A stretch of 64,000 nucleotides of DNA, taken from positions 87,395 through 151,394 of the forward strand of contig JAHBTS010000002.1 in assembly GCA_019638515.1 (NCBI GenBank), read 5' to 3'. A program made the position numbers and the translations under genes. The notes under the pieces were generated by a model. The model was given only the letters and a program-made list of their open reading frames with translations. It searched no databases and was not told where the DNA came from. Of the stretch, positions 26,481 to 36,822 are shown piece after piece. The DNA is from Chitinophagales bacterium. GTDB taxonomy: Bacteria; Bacteroidota; Bacteroidia; Chitinophagales; LD1. Numbering within the stretch: position 1 is the stretch's first letter; every line of letters starts with the position of its first letter.

Positions 26481-27215
26481 TTATTCTGCATTTAATGAAA
26501 CATTGTTCATTTGGTTAAGTATCCACGCCTTTCTTCGGGCAACGTATGCAGAAGGGCGAACGGCACTCCATTTTCTTGGATTAGGCACAATGGCAGCAAT
26601 GGCTGCTGCTTGGTTTCTGTTGAGCGCCTTGGCTGTAATGCCAAAATAATTTTGTGCTGCAGCATCTACACCGTAAATGCCATCTCCGGTTTCAATAACA
26701 TTCAAATACACTTCTAAAATTCGCTCTTTGCTCCAAAAAACTTCTATTAAAAAGGTGAAGTAAACTTCTAAACCCTTTCTAAACCAACTTCTTGCTGGAA
26801 ACAAAAACACATTCTTTGCCGTTTGCTGGCTGATGGTGCTGGCTCCACGTAGTTTTTTCTTCTTTTTCTTGGCCTGCTTTTCGTTGAATTTTGTTGCCTT
26901 TTCAATTGCTTTTAAATCAAATCCGGAGTGGTTGAAAAATTGTTGATCCTCCGAAGCTATTACTGCCAATTTCATAGGTGTAGAAATTTCGTTCCAAGAA
27001 ACCCAGTTCTTATTTAATCGCATTTCTTTTCCATCTATCAATTGTTCCACACTGCGCTGCACCATTAAAATGGTAAATGGCACAGGTACAAAACGATACA
27101 GTAAGGTAAAACCGATTGACAGCCCCAAAAACCAAAGAATGGTTTTCAGTAAAAATAATCTTAAACGTTTAAAAAACTGCTTCACAAAGTTGCCTTGTAA
27201 CATTGCAAACAACAT
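26481..27215 (-). CDS. mtgA: monofunctional biosynthetic peptidoglycan transglycosylase
   Basis: N-terminal TM anchor. GT51 motifs ASEDQQFFNHSGFD and RGASTISQQTAKN. The alternative start at 27203 is equally possible. Confidence 0.85.
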   Translation of the reverse strand: MLFAMLQGNFVKQFFKRLRLFLLKTILWFLGLSIGFTLLYRFVPVPFTILMVQRSVEQLIDGKEMRLNKNWVSWNEISTPMKLAVIASEDQQFFNHSGFDLKAIEKATKFNEKQAKKKKKKLRGASTISQQTAKNVFLFPARSWFRKGLEVYFTFLIEVFWSKERILEVYLNVIETGDGIYGVDAAAQNYFGITAKALNRNQAAAIAAIVPNPRKWSAVRPSAYVARRKAWILNQMNNVSLNAE

Positions 27216-27284
27216 AATTTAAATACTCTTTTCAAAACACTTTGTTGTTTCGATGTTTCCAATAACTTTACCATAAGTTTAAAT

Positions 27285-28727
27285 GTGAAATACTACTTAC
27301 TTATCCTCTCTTTTGGTTTTATCTTGGCAGTTAATGCTCAGCAGAACTTTTGGAGTAATGCAGGTGCATTGGTAAGTGTGCGCGAAAAAACATTTCTTTC
27401 TATTCAAGGCGATGCTTTTAATGCAGATTCCGGTTTTTACCATAATCGCGATACCATATTTGTTACGGGCGATTGGCAACATAATGCGCCTAATCGTTGT
27501 TTCGATTCTATTCAAACAGGTTGGGTTGTTTTACACGGTGGCAACCAACATATTTCAGGTAGTTCTGTTACGCACTTTCATCATTTGGTACTTACCAACC
27601 AAGGCGTAAAATTTGGCGATACAGATGTGGTTGTAAATGGCAATTTGTTCTTAACGGATAGAGAGTTCAATATGGATAAGAACACAGTGTTTGTAACCAA
27701 TGCTTATACCACTGCTGTACAGCGCACTTCGGGCTTTGTGGCTTCGCTGCAAGATGGCGGACTTTCGCGCCACACACAAAGCGATTCTGTTTATTTATTT
27801 CCCGTAGGTTCAACACTTGGTGTAGCACGCTACCGCCCTGTGGAGTTAGCACCAACTTCAAGCAAATTCAACCGCTACAAAGTGCGATTTGCCAATGCCG
27901 ATGCTTCGCTCGAAGGATTCGACAGGAATCAAAAATTTCATTTAGTGTGCGAAGTAAATCCCAATTGGTATCATAGAATTTGGCGAACATGGGGAAGCGA
28001 CTCCGTTGCCATGAAAATATTTTACGATCCACTTTCAGATGGTGCATGGAATGATATGGCTCATTGGCAAATTATTCCCGAATGGCAAGCCATGCCTAAA
28101 ACTTTACAAGTACAAGGAACACCTTTTGCGTATATGCAGCGCAATAATTGGTCTAATTTTTCTTACTCGCCTTATGCATTGGCAAATACTAGTGTTTCGT
28201 TTGCCGATGCCGGTGCCGACACCTCTGTTATTAACGGAAATTTTGTGCAACTGAATGCATCGGGTGGCACCGATTACAAATGGCGCGATGCTACCACTTT
28301 AACCGATAGCGCTATTGCAAATCCTTATGCTTTTCCGTTGGTACACACTACTTATTTTTTAACCGTAACCAACGATTTAGGTTGTGAGGATTACGATAGT
28401 GTACGAGTAAAAGTTTTACCACGTCCAAAAGAAGAAATAACAAAAGAAGTTGATACGCTCTTTTTTATTCCCAACACTATTACACCTAACAACGATGGCT
28501 ACAACGATGTGTGGTATATTAAAGGATTAGAGCGCTTTCCGGAAAACAATGTCCGTATTATTAACCGATGGGGCGATGAAGTTTTTTTTGAAGAACCATA
28601 CGGCAATGTTTGGCAAGGATATTGGAATGCACAACCGCTTCCGGGAGCCACTTACTACTATGTTTTAAAAGTAAAGATGCAAGATGAATGGAAAACTTTT
28701 AGCGGACCATTAACCATTGTGCGATGA
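27285..28727 (+). CDS. secreted protein with T9SS type B (CHU_C) C-terminal domain
   Basis: GTG start followed by a good signal peptide (MKYYLLILSFGFILAVNAQQ). C-terminal FFIPNTITPNNDGYNDVWYIKG...INRWGDEVF domain (about 28446..28724). The N-terminal ~300 aa have no motif I recognise. Confidence 0.85.
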   Translation: MKYYLLILSFGFILAVNAQQNFWSNAGALVSVREKTFLSIQGDAFNADSGFYHNRDTIFVTGDWQHNAPNRCFDSIQTGWVVLHGGNQHISGSSVTHFHHLVLTNQGVKFGDTDVVVNGNLFLTDREFNMDKNTVFVTNAYTTAVQRTSGFVASLQDGGLSRHTQSDSVYLFPVGSTLGVARYRPVELAPTSSKFNRYKVRFANADASLEGFDRNQKFHLVCEVNPNWYHRIWRTWGSDSVAMKIFYDPLSDGAWNDMAHWQIIPEWQAMPKTLQVQGTPFAYMQRNNWSNFSYSPYALANTSVSFADAGADTSVINGNFVQLNASGGTDYKWRDATTLTDSAIANPYAFPLVHTTYFLTVTNDLGCEDYDSVRVKVLPRPKEEITKEVDTLFFIPNTITPNNDGYNDVWYIKGLERFPENNVRIINRWGDEVFFEEPYGNVWQGYWNAQPLPGATYYYVLKVKMQDEWKTFSGPLTIVR

Positions 28728-29680
28728 AAAAAACAGTACTTGCATTGGTTTTAATCTGGATGACATGTTGGCTGAAGGCTCAACAAGTAGAGGAGTTTAA
28801 TTTAGTACGCGAAAACGCTATTGCATTAAATCCGGCATTGGCAGGCACAGGTGGGTTCATAAATGTAACAGCAGCTTTTAAGCGCCAATTTACTTCAGTA
28901 AACAATTCTCCTTATACTACCTTTCTGAATTTTAATACCCAGTTGGCCGATAATCATTTCAGCATGGGAATTACAGGCATTTACGATGCCACCGGCCCAA
29001 CCAGCAAAGGTGGAGCAAGTATTCAGTTGGCTTATCCCATAAACTTAAACAAGAAATATCGCGAAACCTATCTTGGTAAAAACTCCCACTTTTTAAGTTT
29101 AGGCGTGCAGGCAAGTATCTACCAATACAGAATTGATGGAAGCAAGCTAAAGGTAAACGATTTGGGCGATCCAGAACTTACATTCAACAATGCAACAAAG
29201 GTATTCCCTGATGCAGGATTTGGCATCTACTACCAGTATAAAAACTATTTTAATGTAGGCATAAGCGTACCCAATTTAATTGCATTGGATATTAACTATA
29301 AAAGTTCTTCTGCCGATATTAAAATTCGCAAAATTCCACACTTGTATTTTGTGGCTGCAGGTAGCTACGAAGTAGCCACCAATAAAATTTGGATAGAGCC
29401 GGTGCTAAGTATGCGCTGGGTGCACCACGCCCCATTTCAAGCCGTAGCTGGCGTTCGCTTATCGTTTATTAAATGGTTTTGGGTTGGCTTTAATTACCGT
29501 ACCATGAATGCTTTAAATATGGAAGCAGGCGTTACTATTAAAGACCGCCTACGCATTGGTTATGTAATGGATTTTATATTAGAAGCATATCGCCCCGATA
29601 TTGGCTTAACGCACGAAATTGGTGTGCAACTTTTCTTCAATAGAAAAGTAGTAAAGGGATATTTCCCAACTTTAAATTGA
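28724..29680 (+). CDS. PorP/SprF family type IX secretion system membrane protein
   Basis: 318 aa. Start overlaps the upstream stop (ATGA). Signal peptide, then NPALAGTGGFINVTAAFKRQF, typical of the PorP/SprF beta-barrel family. Confidence 0.85.
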   Translation: MKKTVLALVLIWMTCWLKAQQVEEFNLVRENAIALNPALAGTGGFINVTAAFKRQFTSVNNSPYTTFLNFNTQLADNHFSMGITGIYDATGPTSKGGASIQLAYPINLNKKYRETYLGKNSHFLSLGVQASIYQYRIDGSKLKVNDLGDPELTFNNATKVFPDAGFGIYYQYKNYFNVGISVPNLIALDINYKSSSADIKIRKIPHLYFVAAGSYEVATNKIWIEPVLSMRWVHHAPFQAVAGVRLSFIKWFWVGFNYRTMNALNMEAGVTIKDRLRIGYVMDFILEAYRPDIGLTHEIGVQLFFNRKVVKGYFPTLN

Positions 29681-30108
29681 TGAAAATAGTTTCGTTTTCT
29701 GTTTCTTCTAAGTGGTATAGCCAAGCATTGGCACTGCGGCACGAAGTACTGCGCCAGCCGCTCGGCTTAGAATTTACACCTGCTGAACTGGAAAAAGATA
29801 AAAGCGATATGCACTTTGCAATAGTTGAAAATAATGAAGTACTTGCCTGCCTTACACTTTCTGCATACAATTCTCAAAAAGTAAAAATGCGGCAAGTAGC
29901 TATAAAAGCCACTCGGCAGCGGCAAGGTTTAGGAAAAAAGCTGGCAACTTTTGCAGCCAATAAGGCACAAAAAAATGGCTATACAACTATATTTTGCCAC
30001 GCCAGAAAAACAGCCGTTCCATTTTATATAAGCATGGGATACCAAATTGTAAGTAGTGAATTCTTGGAAGTTGGAATTCCTCATGTAGTAATGGAAACAA
30101 AACTGTAA
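29680..30108 (+). CDS. GNAT family N-acetyltransferase (ElaA-like)
   Basis: The acetyl-CoA-binding motif RQRQGLGKKL is typical of the GNAT family. The ATG shares its A with the PorP/SprF TGA (TGATG). The tracked ORF begins one codon earlier at TTG 29677. Confidence 0.75.
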   Translation: MKIVSFSVSSKWYSQALALRHEVLRQPLGLEFTPAELEKDKSDMHFAIVENNEVLACLTLSAYNSQKVKMRQVAIKATRQRQGLGKKLATFAANKAQKNGYTTIFCHARKTAVPFYISMGYQIVSSEFLEVGIPHVVMETKL

Positions 30109-30179
30109 GCCTTTAAAAAACGATTACTTTTTTAGCGAAAGTTTACATAAAATCTCTCCAACATTGCACTTTACTTTTC

Positions 30180-31310
30180 ATGAAAAAAGTATTGCTGTTT
30201 CCTTTGTTATTACTTTTCCTAAGCTCCTGCAATCCTTATGGCTGGAAAGCAATCGTGTACAACGATCCGGGCTTAAAAGATTACAAATTTTTACCTTACA
30301 GAGAAGTAAAAGCAGGCACTCCGCAACCCATTTCACTACATGTGGAATACAATAAAACACAACTACCCGATACACTTCAAAAACACTTGAAGAAAACAAG
30401 AACCAAAGCACTACTTGTGCTGAAAAACGACAGTATTATTTACGAATGGTATGCAAAGAAATTTTCAGACAGCAGTTATTCCAACCCATTTTCGGCATCC
30501 AAAGCCATAGTAAGCATTCTTACCGGCATTGCATTGCGCGAAGGTAAAATTAAAAGCCTAAGTGAACCTATTTCTAACTATTACAAACCATGGCAGCAAG
30601 GCGAGCGCAGTAAAATCACTTTTGAGCATTTACTTACCATGACTTCGGGAGTAGATTACCATGAGCAATACCTCAACCCATTTGGCAGCCTTGCCAAGCT
30701 GTATTATGGCAACAATTTACCAGAACTTGTAAATCAAATAAATTATGAAAAAGAACCTGGTACAGAATGGCGCTATAAAAATTGCGATCCACAAATTCTT
30801 ACGTTGGCATTGCAAAATGCAGTTGGTATGAATATGAGCGACTACGCCTCAGAAAAACTTTGGAAACCATTAGGAGCATCACATGCAGCCAGGTGGATGG
30901 TAGATAGCAAAGATAGCGCAACGGCAATAGAGAAATCTTATTGTTGCTTCAATACCAATGTGCACGACATGGCTCGCTTCGGCTTGCTATATGAAAACTT
31001 TGGCAATTGGCGCGGCAAGCAATTAGTAGATAGTAATTTTGTACTGCAAACTATTACTCCGGTAAATGCGCCTGATACCAAAGGAAAACACCGTGAAAAT
31101 TATGGTTACTTATGGTGGTTACGCAATACCGACAATATGAATGAATTTTCAATGGAAGGAATGCGCGGGCAGTATGTGATTGTAATTCCACAGCATAAAC
31201 TTGTAATTGTGCGCTTTGGAGCAAAAGAGTGGTACAAGCCCAATAAAAGATTTCAATTTCCCGAATTTAGGCGCCACTTGGTGCGGAGTTTAGTAGGTGT
31301 TTTTAAGTAA
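30180..31310 (+). CDS. serine hydrolase, beta-lactamase/transpeptidase-like, probable lipoprotein
   Basis: Lipobox LFLSSC. SxxK motif (FSASKAIV) in a ~370-aa class C-like scaffold. Confidence 0.75.
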   Translation: MKKVLLFPLLLLFLSSCNPYGWKAIVYNDPGLKDYKFLPYREVKAGTPQPISLHVEYNKTQLPDTLQKHLKKTRTKALLVLKNDSIIYEWYAKKFSDSSYSNPFSASKAIVSILTGIALREGKIKSLSEPISNYYKPWQQGERSKITFEHLLTMTSGVDYHEQYLNPFGSLAKLYYGNNLPELVNQINYEKEPGTEWRYKNCDPQILTLALQNAVGMNMSDYASEKLWKPLGASHAARWMVDSKDSATAIEKSYCCFNTNVHDMARFGLLYENFGNWRGKQLVDSNFVLQTITPVNAPDTKGKHRENYGYLWWLRNTDNMNEFSMEGMRGQYVIVIPQHKLVIVRFGAKEWYKPNKRFQFPEFRRHLVRSLVGVFK

Positions 31311-31456
31311 TATGAATACTTTCAAGCCTATAGAAGATACATGGTTATTCAAACCTTAGTCAAATTTCTAATCGCAACTGTATTATTCTGTGAAGAAATG
31401 TTGGCGTTTAGTAGCAGAACTTACTGCAACTGCTTCATAATTATTATATTAGCGAA

Positions 31457-32440
31457 ATGGCAATTTTTAAACGTAAAGAAAAGTTCGTTTTTAATACCAC
31501 TACGCTTAGTTACGAAAAAGTAGTAGTAACTTGGGGAACCCGAATTTTTAGAGTGTTCGCCTTTATATGTGCATCTATTGTATTTTCATTAGGTATTTCT
31601 ACGCTGGCATATACATTTATTGATTCTCCAAAAGAAAAAATACTAAAGAATGAACTCAGCACTATGAAAGACCGCTATGCCATTCTAAACAGCGAAGTGC
31701 AACGCATAAGTGAAGTATTGGAAGAACTACACTACCGCGATGGAAATGTTTACCGCGTTCTATTTGAAAGCGATCCCATTCCTAGCGAAGTTTGGCAAGT
31801 CGGCAGCGGAGGTGTAAACAAGTACCGCAACCTCGAAAAATACGACAACGGAGAACTAATAAAAAACCTATCAATAAAGGTAGATAAGCTGCGTAGGCAA
31901 ATGGCAATACAAAGTAAAAGCTACGACCAAATTGCAGACCTTATACAAAACCGAGAAGACATGCTAAGTTCAATGCCTTCCATACAACCCGTTACCAATA
32001 AAGATTTAAAGCATTTGGCGTCCGGCTTTGGTATGCGTACCGATCCGGTATATAAAATTTCTAAGTTTCATGAAGGAATGGATTTTGCAGCGCCCACCGG
32101 CACCGAAGTGTATGTAACCGGAAACGGAGTGGTAGAAACGGTCGAATATTCCTACAGCGGCTATGGCAATCAAGTAGTAGTAAATCATGGCTATGGATAT
32201 AAAACGCGCTACGCGCATCTTTCTAAATTTAAAGTAAAAGTGGGGCAAAAATTAAAGCGTGGCGATTTGGTTGGCCTGGTAGGCAGTACCGGAAAATCAA
32301 CCGGGCCGCACCTGCATTACGAAGTAATAAAAGGAGGTAATGCCGTAAACCCTGTTTACTATTACTACAACGATTTAAAAGACGACATGTTTGTAAAAAT
32401 GCTAGAGAAAAGCTCCAGCCAAGGGCAAGCGTTGGATTAA
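31457..32440 (+). CDS. M23 family metallopeptidase
   Basis: N-terminal TM helix, coiled-coil region, HEGMDFAAPTGT and GPHLHYEV motifs. Confidence 0.85.
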   Translation: MAIFKRKEKFVFNTTTLSYEKVVVTWGTRIFRVFAFICASIVFSLGISTLAYTFIDSPKEKILKNELSTMKDRYAILNSEVQRISEVLEELHYRDGNVYRVLFESDPIPSEVWQVGSGGVNKYRNLEKYDNGELIKNLSIKVDKLRRQMAIQSKSYDQIADLIQNREDMLSSMPSIQPVTNKDLKHLASGFGMRTDPVYKISKFHEGMDFAAPTGTEVYVTGNGVVETVEYSYSGYGNQVVVNHGYGYKTRYAHLSKFKVKVGQKLKRGDLVGLVGSTGKSTGPHLHYEVIKGGNAVNPVYYYYNDLKDDMFVKMLEKSSSQGQALD

Positions 32441-32521
32441 ATATTGTTTTAATTGGAGTTCGTTTGTTGAATGCTATTTGACAGCAAAAATATCTTCATA
32501 ACATTGCCGTAAATACGGCTC

Positions 32522-34189
32522 ATGCAAAAACTTCAATCCGCAGATTATATTGTTTTTCTATTTTATTTTATTGTAGTAGCAGCCTATGGCTTATTCATTT
32601 ACTACCGTAAAAAGAAAAACACCACCGATTCTAAAGACTATTTCTTAGCAGAAGGCTCACTTACATGGTGGGCAATTGGGGCTTCGCTTATTGCATCCAA
32701 TATAAGTGCCGAGCAGTTTATTGGCATGAGCGGTGCCGGCTTTAAAATGGGGCTTGCCATCGCCAGTTACGAATGGATGGCTGCAGCCACACTAATTATT
32801 GTGGCTGTGTTTTTTATGCCTGTGTACTTAAAAAACAAAATCTACACCATGCCGCAGTTTTTAGAACAGCGTTACAGCACTTCTGTGGCAATGATAATGG
32901 CAGTATTTTGGTTGCTACTGTATGTACTGGTAAACTTAACTTCTATCTTGTATTTAGGAGCCTTGGCTGTAAGTAGTATTTCGGGTTTCAATTTTAATCT
33001 CTGCATGTATGCGCTTGCATTCTTTGCCATCCTTATTACCCTTGGAGGCATGAAAGTAATTGGCTACACAGATATCATTCAAGTGCTGTTCTTGGTACTT
33101 GGAGGTTTGGCTACTACTTATCTTGCATTGAATTTAGTAGCAGAAAAAACTGGTACATCAGGAGTATTGGGATGTTTTTCGTATATGCTGCGAGCCGCAC
33201 CGCAACATTTTGAGATGCTGCTGCCGCGCTCTAATCCAAGTTATATTGATTTGCCCGGACTCACCGTATTGTTGGGCGGTATGTGGATTGCCAATTTGAA
33301 CTATTGGGGCTGCAACCAATATATTACACAAAGAGCATTAGGTGCCGATTTACCTACAGCTCGCAATGGAATTTTATTTGCAGCCTTCCTAAAACTACTC
33401 ATGCCAGTAATTGTAGTAATTCCGGGCATCGCAGCGTTTGTATTGTATGCACAAGATAGCAATTTTGCCACCGCCATGAACAGTGGGGGAGAGGTAAACC
33501 CCGATAGTGCTTATCCGTTACTACTCAACTTATTGCCCGTTGGATTAAAGGGCTTAGCTTTTGCTGCACTCACAGCAGCGGTAGTAGCTTCGCTAGCCGG
33601 AAAAACCAACAGTATTGCTACTATTTTCTCGTTAGATATTTTCAAAAAAAGAATAAACGTATCGGCATCAGAAAGCACCATAATTACCGTAGGTAAAATA
33701 ACCGTTGTGGCGTCTATGCTTATTGCCGTATTGGTAGCTCCATTTTTAGGAATAGACAAAAAAGGAGGTTTTCAATATATTCAAGAATACACTGGCTTTG
33801 TAAGCCCTGGTGTGTTTGCCGTATTCTTGCTTGGTTTATTTTGGAAACGTGCCACAGCCAATGCTGCAATGTTTTCAATTGTAGGTGGATTTATTCTTTC
33901 CATTGTTTTTAAGTTTTTACCGCAATGGCTTAATCTTTCGTTTCTTGAACCAATCGGGTTTTCGGTGCAGACCGCCAGTGGCTTATACGAAATTCCATTT
34001 TTAGATCGAATGGCAATAGTGTTTGTTTGCTGCATACTTGGAATGGTTGCCATCAGTTTAGTTGAAAAACAATCCAGCCCTTCTTCAAAAATTGAAAGTG
34101 CTCAAGAAATGTACCGTGTACATCCTGCTTTTGCCGTTGGTTCTATTCTTATTGCTGGTGTATTGGCTGCGCTGTACTTGATATTTTAA
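32522..34189 (+). CDS. sodium:solute symporter (SGLT-like)
   Basis: 555 aa, about 14 TM helices. The N-terminal SKDYFLAEGSLTWWAIGASLIASNISAEQFIGMSG is typical of the SSF family. Confidence 0.85.
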   Translation: MQKLQSADYIVFLFYFIVVAAYGLFIYYRKKKNTTDSKDYFLAEGSLTWWAIGASLIASNISAEQFIGMSGAGFKMGLAIASYEWMAAATLIIVAVFFMPVYLKNKIYTMPQFLEQRYSTSVAMIMAVFWLLLYVLVNLTSILYLGALAVSSISGFNFNLCMYALAFFAILITLGGMKVIGYTDIIQVLFLVLGGLATTYLALNLVAEKTGTSGVLGCFSYMLRAAPQHFEMLLPRSNPSYIDLPGLTVLLGGMWIANLNYWGCNQYITQRALGADLPTARNGILFAAFLKLLMPVIVVIPGIAAFVLYAQDSNFATAMNSGGEVNPDSAYPLLLNLLPVGLKGLAFAALTAAVVASLAGKTNSIATIFSLDIFKKRINVSASESTIITVGKITVVASMLIAVLVAPFLGIDKKGGFQYIQEYTGFVSPGVFAVFLLGLFWKRATANAAMFSIVGGFILSIVFKFLPQWLNLSFLEPIGFSVQTASGLYEIPFLDRMAIVFVCCILGMVAISLVEKQSSPSSKIESAQEMYRVHPAFAVGSILIAGVLAALYLIF

Positions 34190-36045
34190 TTCAGCATTCG
34201 GTAAGGTTTTCCGGTGTTTAGCTGCCCGCTCTTGTAGGCGTTTCTATAAAATTGCTTTTCCGGTGGCGGACGCTTTTCTACTTTAATTACATTGCGCTGA
34301 TTCTTATTTACAATTAAAGGTTTGCCGCTTAACTTCAACTCTTTTCCTTTTCGCTTTACGGTAAAGGTGGCGTTCTTCCCGGAGTTTAAAGCCGATACTT
34401 TTTCCATAAGATCTTCTACATTGTCTTTGTAAACCTTCTTATTGTTTATTTTTAAAAGTACATCGCCTTCTTCAAATCCCAGTTGGTCTATATTTATATT
34501 GGTGAGATACACATTCTTACTGCCTTTTTCGTAACGAAACGAAGCATTCACATACATTTTAGAAGTATCTTCCTTCACCGGCTCGTGTGCCCAACCAATA
34601 AGCGATAAGTACTTATTGTAATGAAAGCTATCTACACCGGAAATGTAATTCTTAAAGAAATCGTCTAGCTCTGTAAACGATGAAATTTTTACCAACTCTG
34701 CAATAAGCTCTTCATCTTTTACTACATAATTTTCGCCCATGCTTCTTTTAAATCGCAATAGCAATTCTTGAAGATTTAACTGTCCTTGACTTAGCTCTAA
34801 TAAGCGCAAATCGAGCATCATGGCTGCTACACAACCTTTGTAATAAAAATTTCGATAATAGGTTTCGTTTCCATTCAAAATGCTTTCTGTACTTTTTTCG
34901 GTTAAAGAAAAAGGTTCAAAAAACTGCATCAAACTCATTTTATTTCTTACCTCTTGTATAAATTCTGCCCGCGTAATTAAGTCTTCGCGCCATTGCATGA
35001 GCAGCGAGAAATATTCTGTAACGCCTTCAAACAACCATAAATGTTCGGTAGGTAATTTTGCTTTTACATTCAGTTTGCTGGTAGCATCTGTTTTTAAGTT
35101 CAGTGGTTGAAACAAATGAAATAATTCGTGCGATGCCGTTTGCTGAATTTCCTTTTGAATTTTGTATAAATCTTGATGATTCTTAAAAACCATTACAGAA
35201 GATGCCGAGTGCTGCACAGCACCATAATCTTCTTCATTTACTTTAGTGCCAATATCACCGGAGTCCACCAAAAAAATAAAGAAATAATAGTCTTTCACAT
35301 TAAGGCTTTTGCAAAATTTTGTAACGCCCTCGCATACTGGTTTCAGCGTTTTAAGCAATGCTTGTTCACTGAGCTTTCCGAAGGTGTTGGTAATGCAATG
35401 AAATTGAGTGCCGCCTGTTCTAAATGTAGTTTCATAATTAGATGTGAGCACCACAGGATTATCAATAAGTTGCAGGTAATTTTTTGCAAAAAAAACTTCT
35501 TTATCGGGCTGCGATTGTATTTTGCTTAAAGGAGAAAAGGCGGTATAAATGGCGCTTTTTTCAATAGTTATTTTTATAGGCAACCGTTCTCTTCCTTCAA
35601 TAAAAGGGAGCATGGAACCAAAGTTCAATAAAATGTAATGCTCATTTTTGTATGCGGTACCTAACTGCGGAAAAAAGCCATGTTGTGTTACGGGTATTTT
35701 CCACGAAAAACTGAAACGGTAAGTAAGCGTATTTATGTCTTTGGGTGAAGCAATTTCAAACGTATTTATTCCTGTTTGTTTTGGCACAATTACTTCGGTA
35801 TCTTTCTTTAAGGCAACAATGTTTTCTACTAAATTTCCCGGTGCCAACTCATTAAACGAGCCCGGTACATAGGTTGGAAAAACAATTCTCAACTTACCTT
35901 GCTTTAATTCAGGAAAGTGCATTACAACTTCGGGTGCCCCATCTTGTAACTTTTGCAATTTTATGCGCACTTCAACCGTGTCGGCAGCATTTGCCGATAT
36001 GCACCAAAGAACCAGAAGAAAAGCAAAAAATAATTTGAACCGCAT
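34186..36045 (-). CDS. M61-like metallopeptidase with C-terminal PDZ domain
   Basis: Signal peptide. HELFHLF (HExxH) followed by WLFEGVTEY. C-terminal PDZ-like segment (LGFEEGDVLLKINNKKV). Confidence 0.7.
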   Translation of the reverse strand: MRFKLFFAFLLVLWCISANAADTVEVRIKLQKLQDGAPEVVMHFPELKQGKLRIVFPTYVPGSFNELAPGNLVENIVALKKDTEVIVPKQTGINTFEIASPKDINTLTYRFSFSWKIPVTQHGFFPQLGTAYKNEHYILLNFGSMLPFIEGRERLPIKITIEKSAIYTAFSPLSKIQSQPDKEVFFAKNYLQLIDNPVVLTSNYETTFRTGGTQFHCITNTFGKLSEQALLKTLKPVCEGVTKFCKSLNVKDYYFFIFLVDSGDIGTKVNEEDYGAVQHSASSVMVFKNHQDLYKIQKEIQQTASHELFHLFQPLNLKTDATSKLNVKAKLPTEHLWLFEGVTEYFSLLMQWREDLITRAEFIQEVRNKMSLMQFFEPFSLTEKSTESILNGNETYYRNFYYKGCVAAMMLDLRLLELSQGQLNLQELLLRFKRSMGENYVVKDEELIAELVKISSFTELDDFFKNYISGVDSFHYNKYLSLIGWAHEPVKEDTSKMYVNASFRYEKGSKNVYLTNINIDQLGFEEGDVLLKINNKKVYKDNVEDLMEKVSALNSGKNATFTVKRKGKELKLSGKPLIVNKNQRNVIKVEKRPPPEKQFYRNAYKSGQLNTGKPYRMLN

Positions 36046-36126
36046 GAATTGCCTTAAACCAAAATAACTAAACGTATGTTGAAGCCGGTTCGTATTTAAT
36101 GTACGAGTATTTACGAAGGTAATAAA

Positions 36127-36822
36127 TTAAATATCGCCTAAAACAGGGCGCAGCAAAATTTCTTCTACCACCGTATTGGGCGAAAGGTGTTCAATATCCC
36201 ATATAATCTGCGCCACATCGCTCGGTTTCATAAAGCGCGATTCGGGAAAAGGCGCACCTGCCCACGAATTGGTAAGTGTAGCTCCCGGCAATAGTGCTGT
36301 TACTTTTACTTGATGTTCTTTTAATTCTTCGCGCAGCGCCTTAGAAAAACCTAACATGGCAAATTTTGAAATACTATAACTGCCGCCATTTGGATACGCC
36401 ATTATGCTTGCTACCGAACAGATATTAAATACACTACCGTGTTGCTTAGCTTTCATACGCTCCACAATTACTTGGCTTAAGTAGTATGCCGAATAAAGGT
36501 TGGTTTCAATTAAGTGTTCCAAAGTACCATCTTCTTCATCATGAACTTTGCCCGGAATAAATTGTCCGGCATTGTTTACAAGCACATCTATACTTCCAAA
36601 CTGTGCCAAAGCTGCTTTGCCAAAAGCTTGAATGGCAACTTTGTTTTTTACATCCACAGATTGAATAAAGGCAGTTTGTATATTGGTAGAAACGAATGTT
36701 TGCTGCAGCGACTCTACATGACGCGAACACAAAGCCACATTCCATTTTCTTTCCCAAAAAAAGGTAGCAATAGCCAAACCAATTCCTTTGGAGGCTCCGG
36801 TAATTAGAATTGTTTTATTCAT
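36127..36822 (-). CDS. short-chain dehydrogenase/reductase (SDR)
   Basis: TGASKGIG cofactor motif, NNAG, and YSISKFAM (YxxxK). Confidence 0.8.
   Translation of the reverse strand: MNKTILITGASKGIGLAIATFFWERKWNVALCSRHVESLQQTFVSTNIQTAFIQSVDVKNKVAIQAFGKAALAQFGSIDVLVNNAGQFIPGKVHDEEDGTLEHLIETNLYSAYYLSQVIVERMKAKQHGSVFNICSVASIMAYPNGGSYSISKFAMLGFSKALREELKEHQVKVTALLPGATLTNSWAGAPFPESRFMKPSDVAQIIWDIEHLSPNTVVEEILLRPVLGDI

Noticed and set aside
31341-31523. 60-aa plus-strand ORF upstream of and overlapping the M23 peptidase start
   Set aside because: It overlaps the better-supported M23 gene in another frame. It is hydrophobic and low-complexity, with no conserved motif.
34186-34189. Convergent 4-nt overlap of the symporter and M61 peptidase stop codons (TTTAAT)
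   Set aside because: It is real in the sequence, but overlapping convergent stops are a common compaction feature. No further structure is associated with it.
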